DNA of 62,904 nucleotides, counting the filler, from Octopus bimaculoides (taxonomy: Eukaryota), in assembly GCF_001194135.2 (NCBI RefSeq). It is 6 parts of 5 records of this genome, joined end to end, with 100 filler letters (N's around TTAATTAATTAA, not from the genome) between each part and the next. Parts side by side here need not be neighbours in the genome. Positions count along the whole stretch, not along the records: positions 1 to 11,714 come from NW_026416859.1; 5 more parts are not named here. One strand, given 5' to 3'. Made by a program: the position numbers and the translations under genes. The notes below the pieces were generated by a model, which worked only from the letters and a program-made list of their open reading frames with translations, searched no databases and had not been told where the DNA came from. Below are positions 1 through 11,814 of this stretch, piece after piece (position 1 is the stretch's first letter; each line of letters starts with the position of its first letter).

Positions 1-361
1 TTTGATCACCTGAGAACTAAACCCCCGAATTTTGTGTGTGTGTGTGTGTGTGTGTGTTTGCATATATATATAATAAATAGTAAATAACATATATATATAT
101 ACACACATGCATATATGGGTACAGGACGTCACCAACGGTGAAAATAACATGAAATACGTAAACAAACGAGTTAAATATGTAAACAACGAGAAAATGGAAA
201 ACAGGACAAGTAAACACACAGAAACGACCCTTCATCAGTTGTCGGCTGTTAATTACTCCGTGTGTGTGTATGTATTTGTGTATGTTTCTATCTGTCTGTC
301 TGTCTGTTTGTCTGTTTGTCTGTCTGTCTGTCTATCTATCTATTTGTGTATGTATGTATAA

Positions 362-1087
362 AGCAGAAGCTTAAATGGCAGAAAGTTGGGAGGTGAATGA
401 GAAAACAAAGCCAGAATTTATAGAAAAGTTAGAATCTAATCTAAAAACGAGTGAGATTGAAGAAGTTATACCGAAATGATGGCAAGGAAAGCTTTAACGT
501 GTCCAAAGCTTGAAAATACTGATCAGAATTGAATAGAAAAAGAAAATGCATTGCGACAGGAGGGCTGAAAGCCGAAAAGAAGAGCTAAAAGCGGAAAAGA
601 AGGGCCCAGAATAGAAACTGAAGGATTCGCGATTGTGGTATTAAGTCAAATGCTTTTTAATCAAGACTAACTAAAGCATGTAATGAAGCAGAGCAGATGA
701 AGTAACTGCAGTATGAGGAGAAATAACAAAGAGGCAATTAATGCCATTATTCTATGACTGTCAAGTTTAAATCCAGAAGGATAACATTCACGAACATGGC
801 AGAGTTGGGATTTCAATACACTGTGTATTATACAAGCATTATGAAATGTCTATCGAAAAGAGGTTGGATAAACATGCATCAGAAAATGTCCTGGTGAAAG
901 ATAAAGCAGTCATACTACGAAATATTCTAATACACACACAAGGAAATAAAAGCTAATTGCCATATATTGTTATCAAGGACGATTAATAAAAAGGATTTGA
1001 CTCAATGATCTGGTCGCAGTAGTGCTATGAAAGCATTCAATAAAATAACACTAATAAATAATAATAATAATAATAATATAATAATAA
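362..1087 (+). mobile_element. Degenerate 3' part of an R4/Dong-type LINE ending in a (TAA)n tract
   Basis: Frameshifted remnants IETEGFAI...Q (cf. KxETEGFIxAAQDQ), H...RVGISIH, KHASENVLVKDKAVIL..I.IHT and EIKAN-(R)PYIVIKD (RLE domain PD motif), followed by AATAAA and (TAA)n at about 1052-1087. Confidence 0.65.
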
Positions 1088-1099
1088 TGATGATGATGA

Positions 1100-1320
1100 T
1101 AATGGTCACACCCGTCGATTTCGATCTACAAGAGTTTGAGGGAGAGGATTTTTAAAAAAATGCTTCAAAATAAAAGCAGCTGAATCTATTTGCGATGGAT
1201 GCGTGAGTGTAATTCGAGTCTAGGTGTGGATTTTGCAATGAAGTCACAAAGAGGACACAAATGATGTAGATTTTGCCTGGGATTGGACGAATGTGTCTGT
1301 TGATTGCAGGATATAATTCT
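1100..1320 (-). mobile_element. 3' end of an RTE-like LINE with C-terminal C2H2 finger
   Basis: Minus strand CPLCDFIAKSTPRLELHSRIHRK* (C-x2-C-x12-H-x3-H, 1186-1257), then a short 3' UTR running into (ATC/ATT)n. Confidence 0.5.
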
Positions 1321-1389
1321 TTTATATAATAACAATAATAATGATGATATAAAAAAATAATGATTTCAAATTTTTGCCACAAGTGCAGC

Positions 1390-1573
1390 TTGGGGAAGAG
1401 GATTAAATGGATCCCATCAATCCCAGTGCGTAACTGCTACTTATTTAATCGAGCCCGAAAGGATGAAAGGCAAAGTCGAGCTCGGCGGAATTTGAACTCA
1501 GAACATGAGGACGGACGAAATGCAGTTAAATATTTTGTCCGGCGCACTAACGATTCTGCCAGCTCGTCGCTTT
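1390..1573 (-). mobile_element. SINE family A copy
   Basis: Aligns by eye to the 7069-7266 copy. Confidence 0.8.
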
Positions 1574-1918
1574 AATGATACTAATAATGATGATGATTTC
1601 CTTATTAACCACAAGGGTTTACATTAAGAAAAACCATTATGGACAGTACAGGACGAAACAAAAAAATGTGTGTGTGTGTATGTATGTGTGTGTGTGTGTT
1701 GTGAGGGGTTTTGCGTGTAAACAAGACCNNNNNNNNNNNNNNNNNNNNNNNNNNNNNNNNNNNNNNNNNNNTTTTTTCTTTTCAACTACAGGCGTATGCT
1801 CAGGATTGGCCCGTTCACCTGCACGATTCTCGCCACTTTCATCCACCTTTCAGCAAATTGGCTAGAAGACAACGCTTCCCTCTCTACCTTTATTTTCCCT
1901 TTCAAGTGAAACTGGAAG

Positions 1919-1953
<35 letters not shown>

Positions 1954-2090
1954 CCTTTCTACTAAAGGCACAAGGCCTGAAGTTTTGGGAGAGGGGACTA
2001 TTCGATTATATTGACCTCCAGTGTTTCACTGGTACTTACTTTATAATAATTTTTAAAAAAATAAAATAAAAATAATAATAATAGTAATAA

Positions 2091-2311
2091 TTCTTTCTGC
2101 TATGGGCACAACGCTTGAAATTTGGGGGAGGGGGGCCAGTCGATTAGATCGACCCCACAGTACGCAACTGGTACTTAATTTATCGACCCCGAAAGGATGA
2201 AAGGCAAAGTCGACCTCGGCAGAATCTGAACTCAGAACGTAAAGTAAAGACAGACAAAATACCGCTAAGCATTTAGCCCGATGTGCTAACGGTTCTGCCA
2301 ACTCGCCGCTT
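2091..2311 (-). mobile_element. SINE family A copy
   Basis: Full head, body and tail (caggccttgtgcc-type tail), flanked by (TAA)n. Confidence 0.85.
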
Positions 2312-2337
2312 TAATAATAATAATAATAATAATAATT

Positions 2338-2370
<33 letters not shown>

Positions 2371-2591
2371 ATAATAATAATAATTGTAGTAGTAGTAGTA
2401 ATAATAATAATAATAATTTCTTTATTAACCACTGAGTTTTCATATAAAAGTTTAGGGATAGTACAGGACAATACAGAACGAGAGGGATTGGAATGTGTAC
2501 ATGAAGAAAAACAATTACAACAAAATCCCTAAAAGAAGGAAACTTCCAATAATAATAATAATAATAGGAAAATAGCGATATGGTGACTTAC

Positions 2592-2670
2592 ATAGAGTTT
2601 TTCTGGCAGAGCATGATGAAGCAGAACGTGTGACGGTGGCCACTAAGGTGGACTGAATTCAACATGAAGT
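2592..2670 (-). other. Candidate 79-nt exon of unknown identity
   Basis: ctccctccctcctctcctttctgtgttctag acceptor and gtaagt donor. One frame is open (xFMLNSVHLSGHRHTFCFIMLCQKNS). No homology recognised. Confidence 0.3.
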
Positions 2671-3874
2671 CTAGAACACAGAAAGGAGAGGAGGGAGGGA
2701 GGGTGTTAGAGATGGAGNNNNNNNNNNNNNNNNNNNNNNNNNNNNNNNNNNNNNNNNNNNNNNNNNNNNNNNNNNNNNNNNNNNNNNNNNNNNNNNNNNN
2801 NNNNNNNNNNNNNNNNNNNNNNNNNNNNNNNNNNNNNNNNNNNNNNNNNNNNNNNNNNNNNNNNNACGGATATATTTCAACTGGTGACAGAGTGGGCCTG
2901 CGCGGAGAGGTGGAAGAATTGATATTTGTGAGTGGGATGACAAAAGGGGGGGAAGGTGTTAGTGGGCGTTCTACCTCAATTTTGCAAATGTGACTGTGCT
3001 GTGTATGTGTATATGTGTATATGTGTTTGCTTGCACATACTTGTGTGTGTGTGTGTGTGTGTTTGTGTGTGTTGTGTGTATATGTGTTGTGAAGGCTAGG
3101 CCTTCTCTATTGCAGTTAGGAAGATATCTAAGAAACGTGTATGCATGTATGCGTGTGTATACATATGGATGCGTGTATGTATGTCTTTATGTGTGTGTAA
3201 GCGTAAATTACATTTTTATATATAAAATTATGCACGTAAAATACATATATATATTAAGCATATAAATAATATAAATTGTATGTGTGTGTGTATTTATACA
3301 TGCGTATAAATATTATTTATAAATCATATATGTAAATTATATGTATGTGTATATATTTATAGATGCTTATATGTAAACACACACACCCACACATGTATAC
3401 TCAGAAGTCAAACACGTGTAGTAATAAACAAACGGGCGGAAAAACATACTAAATACATTGAATGCAGAGACGAATGGAGAACAAACTCACACAGGTCACC
3501 TCATCAGTTATCGGCCAAGGTGTCGGGCGTAATTTCGTTCTATTATCGATAATATTGCATCCTCCCAGGAGGAAACCAACAAGAGGACTTGCTGGAATAT
3601 ATATATATATCCGTTTTCTCGTTTTTTTTTTTTTTATCTGTGTTGCCGTACACATTCGCTTGTTTTCTTCCAAACATTTAACGCTCTTAGCTTAGATTTT
3701 TGGGGCCTACCAATTTTGAACAGTCTCAAGTGTAACAGACCGAAACTGTAATGATAAATGGAAGCTTGACTGATGAATAGCGGGACGAATGATCCGTCCT
3801 GGTTTTTCCTGTCCGTCTTTGTATCGTCTATCGGTCCATATTTTTTTTGTTGTCGTCCGTTACGTTCTTATTCC

Positions 3875-3907
<33 letters not shown>

Positions 3908-3913
<6 letters not shown>

Positions 3914-5000
3914 CTATAATGGTGAAGGCTGTTTATTAATTAAGTATGAAACAATTACTAAAATTGCTAAAAGAAAGCAATATCAGATGCTTGACTGTTT
4001 GGAAATATTTTTATAAATTCATGTTCTAAGAAATTGCCTATAATTTCGATTTCGGAAGTTTATTGAAATTTTTTAAAGTCCAAATTCTTGCAAATTTAAA
4101 TATTCATTGCATTCACTGCGGAGTAGATTTTAATGTTTAATAAGAAACACTATTAATTCGTTGCTGGCAACATTTTGCGTTTTTATTTGCTACAGTCTCT
4201 CATTCTCGTTCGCCTCTATTTTCATTAATGATAATTTAATAATAGCTTTATAACTTTGATACGAGACAAAATTTCAAGTATATAATCAGTTTCCGGAGTT
4301 CGTTAAATGAATTTTTTTTTAAATACCGGTATAATTTCTAAATGATTTTATGTTGAATGAATGCATGCTATTACACAAAATAGTAGTATAATTTTAATAC
4401 GAAGCACAATTTCCAGAATATTATCAGTTTCCGGAGTTTGTAAGACGAATATTTTTGATAAAATGAAAATTCTTTAATATACCGATATAATTTGTTTTTA
4501 ATAAAGTATTGATTTTATTGGTATGGCTACTTGGAACGCTATAAGCCTTACAATAATAACTATGTTATCGCTGCTATTTCTAGCACGCTAAACAAGATAG
4601 TTTTTAACGAGCTTTCATTCATATATAATATGCGACTGAAAAAGAAAATTTAGCAGGAAAGGCAAAACAGCAGAGAGAAGGACGGGCAACTGAATCAGAT
4701 GAAACCAGGGCAAAGTCACTGAAAAAGATGCCTGAATATGCACGGAGACGTAGACATGATTCTGTTTCCGCTAGACATGACCGACTGGTTTAGGTATCTG
4801 GAGAGGAAAATATTCTACTTCAAAATAATGGCATCAGACCACAAATTGTTGATGCAACACTAAAGAGATCTTTTCTTTGCTATCATGTGGAAGTAGTGGA
4901 GTTGACAACCAATCTAAGACTTCTTACAGAAGGTCATTCTGATGAAAGAGAGTTTGCTAATTACATTCTTGATGAAGGAAATGGTAACATTTCTATTGAA
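3908..5000 (+). mobile_element. Internally deleted Helitron relic with PIF1-helicase fragment
   Basis: 4830-5000 translates GIRPQIVDATLKRSFLCYHVEVVELTTNLRLLTEGHSDEREFANYILDEGNG, matching the Helitron helicase LTxNMR and FAxxLLxIGxG motifs. The 5' boundary is inferred from a TATACTATAAT start and is uncertain. Confidence 0.65.
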
Positions 5001-5072
5001 CATATATATATACAAAGAGAGAGAGAGAGAGAGAGAGACGGAGAAGAAATAGAACGAGGTAGATAGACATGC

Positions 5073-5113
<41 letters not shown>

Positions 5114-5231
5114 CACACGCACACAAATATGTTTATACATACATATATACATACCGCCCTCCCCACCAATATATGAGACTGGAAAAAGGAATGTTATTGT
5201 TAATGTCACAGCCACTAATTCGCTGTCGAAA

Positions 5232-5264
<33 letters not shown>

Positions 5265-5720
5265 TTGATTGATGGATTGTAACGTCAATAAAAATGATTT
5301 CTAACATTAGATCAAGGCCAGCCAATTTGAGAGCGGGGTTTAACGGATGATACGATGATTCTAGTATTTTTTGGCCATGCTGAGTCGCACGAAGCACCGT
5401 CGAATAATATATATATATATATGCATGAACAATAACATTCAACAAGTTCGTGACACACCCGGACGCGCCTGTATCGGAACCTTATGCTATCAACTCCGGA
5501 AAGATTAAATACAATGATGGAATGTGTCCCCCAAACAATACAAATACCGGAACAAACATTGCAATTATAGTGGAAGGATGAAAGGCAAAGTTAACCCAAC
5601 TGGGATTTAGAGTTGGAACGCTAGGACGAAAAGGCGCAGAGCATCTTGTCCAATGCTCTAACGATTCTGCCAATCTACTGATTTTTTACTCGCAGATACC
5701 AGGAGACCGACACTACATAC

Positions 5721-5799
5721 AAAGCAGAAGTGTCCGCTCCAAGACGTGGTCCGTGATTCATAGTTATGCGCATGGTCTAAACTGGTATTTATGATTTTT
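5721..5799 (-). other. Candidate 79-nt exon of unknown identity
   Basis: gattttgtctcag acceptor and gtatgt donor. Open frame KIINTSLDHAHNYESRTTSWSGHFCF (phase 2 to 0). Confidence 0.25.
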
Positions 5800-5959
5800 C
5801 TGAGACAAAATCAGGGTCGTAAATTTTTAGGGGTGGGGTACATTCAATTACATGGAATCCAATACGTAGTTGCGACTGTACTTTGCTGGCCCATAAAAAT
5901 TGCTCAGGAATGGCAGCGATAGGATTAATAGTAATAACAATTGTTGTTTGACCTTGACT

Positions 5960-6330
5960 GGTTGAGCATATCACTTGGTGGCTGACGATATGTGCATCTC
6001 TGATCACGAGCAGAAGTAGTGGTGGAGCATCATAGGGGAAGACATGGGTGTTTCGTTCAACTTCCTTAAACAAACCTTATTCAAGGACATTTTGAGCGAG
6101 ATGGGCTACTCGACCAGAAGAAAATTCTAACTGGGCTCCACCTGCAAGGACGTGCGCTGTATGCCTTGATGTGAGATTACCATGTCGCACGCACACATGG
6201 CTGTGAAGCATGTGCCCGCTGTAGCCTTATCAGACAGGTAGTCATGATGGGTATACTGGGCTTCGTATGATTTAACCCAGTGTCACTTGGATGGCATGCA
6301 CTCAATAGTAACAATAATAATAATGATTTC
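5960..6330 (+). mobile_element. Unclassified interspersed repeat ending in (AAT)n
   Basis: A homologous copy is at about 35530-35820 (catgggtg...gtagtcatgatgggta...gatggcatgcact). Confidence 0.55.
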
Positions 6331-7068
6331 ATTTACTTGCCAACATGGCAAAGATGAAGGGGACAATACGAAGACACATAAAGTGAGAGGGTTTACATAT
6401 AATGAAATGCAGTAAACAAATATAAAGTATGCACGGTATACAACGAAAAGGAAGCAACGTATACATTATTTCAATATTTCAATAAATTCGCCATGAACGG
6501 CGTTACATAGAGGGGACAAACAAAGACAGACAGACAGACATAAAGTAGCTGCGGGCTGGACATGGACATTAATGAGATGAGGGTGATAAGGATGAAACAA
6601 ATAATGAGAGAGGCACCACCGCCCGCCGACTGATAACCCTTCGAAAACATTGTTCTTTTTNNNNNNNNNNNNNNNNNNNNNNNNNNNNNNNNNNNNNNNN
6701 NNNNNNNNNNNNNNNNNNNNNNNNNNNNNNNNNNNNNNNNNNNNNNNNNNNNNNNNNNNNNNNNNNNNNNNNNNNNNNNNNNNNNNNNNNNNNNNNNNNN
6801 NNNNNNNNNNNNNNNNNNNNNNNNNNNNNNNNNNNNNNNNNNNNNNNNNNATGGCATGCACTCAATAGTAACAATAATAATAATGATTTCATTTACTTGC
6901 CAACATGGCAAAGATGAAGGGGACAATACGAAGACACATAAAGTGAGAGGGTTTACATATAATGAAATGCAGTAAACAAATATAAAGTATGCACGGTATA
7001 CAACGAAAAGGAAGCAACGTATACATTATTTCAATATTTCAATAAATTCGCCATGAACGGCGTTACAT

Positions 7069-7266
7069 AGAGGGGACAAACAAGGACAGACAAAGGGATT
7101 AAGTCGATTACATCGACCCCAGTGCGTAACTGGTACTTAATTTATCGACCCCGGAAGGATGAAAGGCAAAGTCGACCTCGGCGGAATTTGAACTCAGAAC
7201 GTAACGACAGACGAAATACCGCTAAGCATTTCGCCCGGCGTGCTAACGTTTCTGCCAGCTCACCGC
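7069..7266 (-). mobile_element. tRNA-derived SINE, family A (young, near-consensus copy)
   Basis: Head GCGGTGAGCTGGCAGAA (A-box-like), GAGTTCAAATTCC (B box) and body GCCTTTCATCCTT..GGGGTCGATAAATTAAGTACCAG. There are more than 15 copies in the window. Confidence 0.85.
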
Positions 7267-7947
7267 GGTCCAAGAATTCATTCACGTATACAATGGTTAA
7301 AAAAACGTTGGTGGAGGAAGAGGTTGATAGAGATGTCGGCCTCCTGATACAGGATGACCTCTAGGGATAATCGAGCAACCCCAGCATCCGGGATTTCACT
7401 GTATACAGTACACCAAGACGAAGTGCCCTCTCCGGTTTCTTCTCTCCGACTCTCAGGGCTACACTGGCAGAGGTACCATCCTCTCTTGCCATTTTCGCAA
7501 CTTTCACTCACCTTTCAATAAATTCATACGAAATAACAACAACAATAGCAACAATTAGTATTATTATTTTCATATTATGAGCCATAAATATGAATATTAC
7601 CGCTGCAACTTCTACCTACTCCTCCTGTTACCACCACCACCACCGTCGTTTTAATATAAGACATCAATCAAATAGAAAAAGCCACACAGGGTGAGCGACA
7701 TGGAGTAATGTCAATGAGACGAATGTTATGATATTTAGTGAAAATAAATATGCAAACACTCACACATTCACACACACACATATTTATGTGTGCGTGCGTG
7801 TGTATGTATAATATATATATATATATGTATGTATGTATGCATGTATGTATATGCTTCTAATATATATGAGCGGTTTTGGTATCCAGAAGACCCAAAATGG
7901 CAGGTAAGGCTATGTAAGGCAATATATTTAACATATATCTAATATAT

Positions 7948-8440
7948 GTGGAGGCGCAATGGCCCAGTGGTTAGGGCAGCAGACTCGCAGTCATAGGATC
8001 GCGGTTTCGATTCCCAGACCGGGCGTTGTGAGTGTTTATTGAGCAAAAACACCTAAAAGCTCCANNNNNNNNNNCCCAGTGGTTAGGGCAGCAGACTCGC
8101 AGTCATAGGATCGCGGTTTCGATTCCCAGACCGGGCGTTGTGAGTGTTTATTGAGCAAAAACACCTAAAAGCTCCACGAGGCTCCGGCAGGGGATGGCAG
8201 GCGAACCCTGCTGTACTCTTTCGCCACAACTTTGTCTCACTCTTACTTCCTGTTCCTGTTGTACCTGTAATTCAAAGGGTCAGCATTGTCACACTGTGTC
8301 ACGCTGAATATCCTCGAGAACTACGTTAAAGGTACACGTGTCTGGAGTGCTCAACCACTTGCACGTTAATTTCACGTGCAGGCTGTTCCGTTGATCGGAT
8401 CAAATGGAACCCTCGACGTCGTAAGCGACGGAGTGCCAAC
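7948..8440 (+). mobile_element. tRNA-derived SINE, family E (head duplicated across N gap)
   Basis: TGGCCCAGTGG A box and GGTTTCGATTCC B box. The 3' tail is shared with 58230-58540. Confidence 0.8.
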
Positions 8441-8885
8441 ATCATCTTATATATATATATATGTGTGTGTATGTATATACATATATACTACTGTTCCAAA
8501 TGTTGCTTTTGTACGGTTTGTTGATACAATCAGCCAAGTTCGCTACACTTGAATATTGAATAATACCTATTATTAGCATATTGACCCTACCAAGCTACAA
8601 CAATACCTATGAGCTTGCACCAAATTTAATATCTCGTAACTCGAAAGGCAGAATCGTTAACACGCTGAGTAAAATGCTCAGTGGCATTTTGTTCGAGCTC
8701 ACGTTCTGCGTTCAAATTCCACTAAAGTTAACTTTGCCTCGTTAACCAGCAAGAGGAGATGTCCTCTTAGAGGACAGTTGAGTCCGTTCGAACGGACAGC
8801 CATGTTAAAGTGGCTACGATTATTACTTTTCAGTACAACTACTGCGTTGATCTCTTAAGGAGATTTTAGAACTAGCATTTTTGCT

Positions 8886-8916
<31 letters not shown>

Positions 8917-9390
8917 NNNNNNNNNNNNNNNNNNNNNNNNNNNNNNNNNNNNNNNNNNNNNNNNNNNNNNNNNNNNNNNNNNNNNNNNNNNNNNNNNNNN
9001 NNNNNNNNNNNNNNNNNNNNNNNNNNNNNNNNNNNNNNNNNNNNNNNNNNNNNNNNNNNNNNNNNNNNNNNNNNNNNNNNNNNNNNNNNNNNNNNNNNNN
9101 NNNNNNNNNNNNNNNNNNNNNNNNNNNNNNNNNNNNNNNNNNNNNNNNNNNNNNNNNNNNNNNNNNNNNNNNNNNNNNNNNNNNNNNNNNNNNNNNNNNN
9201 NNNNNNNNNNNNNNNNNNNNNNNNNNNNNNNNNNNNNNNNNNNNNNNNNNNNNNNNNNNNNNNNNNNNNNNNNNNNNNNNNNNNNNNNNNNNNNNNNNNN
9301 NNNNNNNNNNNNNNNNNNNNNNNNNNNNNNNNNNNNNNNNNNNNNNNNNNNNNNNNNNNNNNNNNNNNNNNNNNNNNNNNNNNNNNNNNN

Positions 9391-9795
9391 TTATATCATA
9401 TATATATATACATGTAAGTATGTACATATATGCAAGTATATATGTATATATATATATATTTTATATTATATCATATATATATATACATGTAAGTATGTAC
9501 ATATATGCAAGTATATATGTATATATATATATTTTATATTATATCATATATATATACATGTAAGTATGTACATATATGCATGTATATATGTATATATATA
9601 TATTTTTTATATTATATCATATATATATATATACATGTAAGTATGTACATATATGCATGTATATATGTATATATATATATATTTTATATTATATCATATA
9701 TATATATACATGTAAGTATGTACATATATGCATGTATATATATATATATTTTTTTATATTATATTATATATATATATATTTATATGCATGTATAT
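9391..9795. repeat. AT-rich ~60-bp minisatellite
   Basis: Repeated tattatatcatatatatatacatgtaagtatgtacatatatgca unit. Confidence 0.85.
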
Positions 9796-11074
9796 ACATA
9801 GAGAGTTAAAAATTGCGACACACGTATTTACGTTACCAAGCACAAACTCAAATACATATACTCACTCCACAACATTCACAACCCCAACACAGACACACAC
9901 GCGCACACTCTTACACTCTTACACACTCATACACACAAAGGTGAAAGTGAAAGTAAATGAGTGAGATTTTAGATGCGAGATGCATCAAGTTGAACGGTAT
10001 TACTGGAATAAGTACCAGGTTTAAGAAAACAAGTCGTGGGTTCGATTTGTGCGACTAAAAGGCGGTACTCTAGTATGGCCGCAGTCACACGGCTGAAACA
10101 GGTAAAACAATAAAAAGTTGTGTGCATGTATATACATATATATATATATATATATCTTTTCATATTACTTGTTTCAATCATTTGACTGTGTACAAATGTA
10201 CATACCAACATAAATATACATATGCATGCATGTATACATATATATATAAATACACATGTATGTATACATATATATTTATGTTCATTTATTTCCATATACA
10301 TCTCACACTAACGCACACACACTTCCCGTGATAATAATACTAAATATATGAAAAGAGAATTATAGAACGATAATCGTTTGCTGGTCAATGAAATCATTTT
10401 TTTTGTTTGTTTTTATAGAGCAACTTGTTTACTTAATTACACTTATTGTATGACGCAGTTATTCTCTGTATCTTCATGTCGACAAGCTTCAAATGCATTG
10501 AAATATATTTTTGACGAAATAATTTATCAAATTCGTTGAAATAGTTTCTTGCTTATTTTGTTTTTCTTGATTTGGAGATAAAAAATATGCTTGAAATGTG
10601 ACACCGAAACGTTTGCGGGATTTGACACGGAGATTTTCTAAACATTTGACATTAAACTAAAATAAGTGTTGAAATTTATAAATACACGTCTCATTAATGG
10701 AGAGATACAGAATTTATTTTATTTGTTTTATTACGAAATTAATAAAAATTTTAACAATAATGAAATGTGAAATTATTTTGATTAATTTTTTCTGAAATAN
10801 NNNNNNNNNNNNNNNNNNNNNNNNNNNNNNNNNNNNNNNNNNNNNNNNNNNNNNNNNNNNNNNNNNNNNNNNNNNNNNNNNNNNNNNNNNNNNNNNNNNN
10901 NNNNNNNNNNNNNNNNNNNNNNNNNNNNNNNNNNNNNNNNNNNNNNNNNNNNNNNNNNNNNNNNNNNNNNNNNNNNNNNNNNNNNNNNNNNNNNNNNNNN
11001 NNNNNNNNNNNNNNNNNNNNNNNNNNNNNNNNNNNNNNNNNNNNNNNNNNNNNNNNNNNNNNNNNNNNNNNNNN

Positions 11075-11146
<72 letters not shown>

Positions 11147-11483
11147 TGCTTAAACACGAATCCTGACAGCTGCTTTTTCGATATTATATCACGGCACACA
11201 CATACAAATAAGCACAGGCATTCACAAACTGACACATGCAATTCTTGAACTGTTTTTTCAGTCTTAAACGGCGAGACACAAAAACATACACAACATTCAG
11301 TCGGTTAATATACATCTGTCATTAGATCGGTCGATCCATCTATCTATTTAACTATGTCTATATATACGCACATGCATATATTTATATATGCACACACACA
11401 CATATAAGTATATGCATGTATATGTGTGTATATATATCTATATGTATAAAAACATTTTTATAGATATGTGTGTATGTGTATAC

Positions 11484-11529
<46 letters not shown>

Positions 11530-11672
11530 TTAGTCCAAGGCTATAGTAGAAGACATTTGACCAAGGTGCCACACACTGTGACTGACCATGGCATCATGTA
11601 GTTGGGAAGCAACAGGCACGCATGTGGCTATGTATACATAAAAAATATATATACATATATATATGTATGCAT

Positions 11673-11714
<42 letters not shown>

Positions 11715-11758
11715 NNNNNNNNNNNNNNNNNNNNNNNNNNNNNNNNNNNNNNNNNNNN

Positions 11759-11770
11759 TTAATTAATTAA
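11759..11770. other. Artificial scaffold linker TTAATTAATTAA between N runs (also 16003, 47306, 51110, 61299)
   Basis: An identical 12-mer with stops in all frames, always isolated between N blocks. Confidence 0.85.
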
Positions 11771-11814
11771 NNNNNNNNNNNNNNNNNNNNNNNNNNNNNN
11801 NNNNNNNNNNNNNN

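Noticed and set aside
2592-2670. Selenocysteine reading (TSC-TGA) of the 2.6-kb exon candidate
   Set aside because: No SECIS or selenoprotein homology is evident, and another frame is open without recoding.
4928-4940. 11-nt micro-exon-like signature (ctctctttcatcag|...|gtaaga)
   Set aside because: It lies antisense inside the Helitron helicase remnant. It shows that such signatures arise by chance, which lowers confidence in the other micro-exon candidates.
5697-5785. Plus-strand exon candidate IPGDRHYIQSRSVRSKTWSVIHSYAHGLNW, and others at about 22120, 22270, 25538, 28546 and 31320
   Set aside because: No recognisable homology, they are antisense to talin, phases do not chain convincingly, and such AG/GT pairs are expected by chance in AT-rich DNA.
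6290-7085. Direct duplications flanking gaps (6290-6520 vs 6851-7085; 7955-8063 vs 8074-8172; 56045-56305 vs 56317-56570)
   Set aside because: They are near-identical copies on either side of an N gap, most simply explained as unmerged contig overlaps.
7955-8030. tRNA gene calls for SINE heads (also 22905, 45866, 61746)
   Set aside because: A and B boxes are present but there is no complete cloverleaf, and each continues into a shared multi-copy SINE body.
8760-8800. Hammerhead interpretation of the 8.76-kb hairpins (CAGTTGA-GTCCG...CGGAC)
   Set aside because: It lacks both the CUGA and the GAAA core elements.
8881-9964. Long ORFs of 180-450 aa in the track (also 16594-17946 +, 37598-38895, 45199-45963, 47523-48503, 51484-52222)
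   Set aside because: They are translations of N runs and di-/trinucleotide or purine-rich repeats ([16 protein letters not shown]), or the antisense of a LINE.
11759-11770. Recurrent TTAATTAATTAA motif as a possible regulatory or recombination site
   Set aside because: It always sits alone between N runs and has stops in all frames, so it is an assembly linker.
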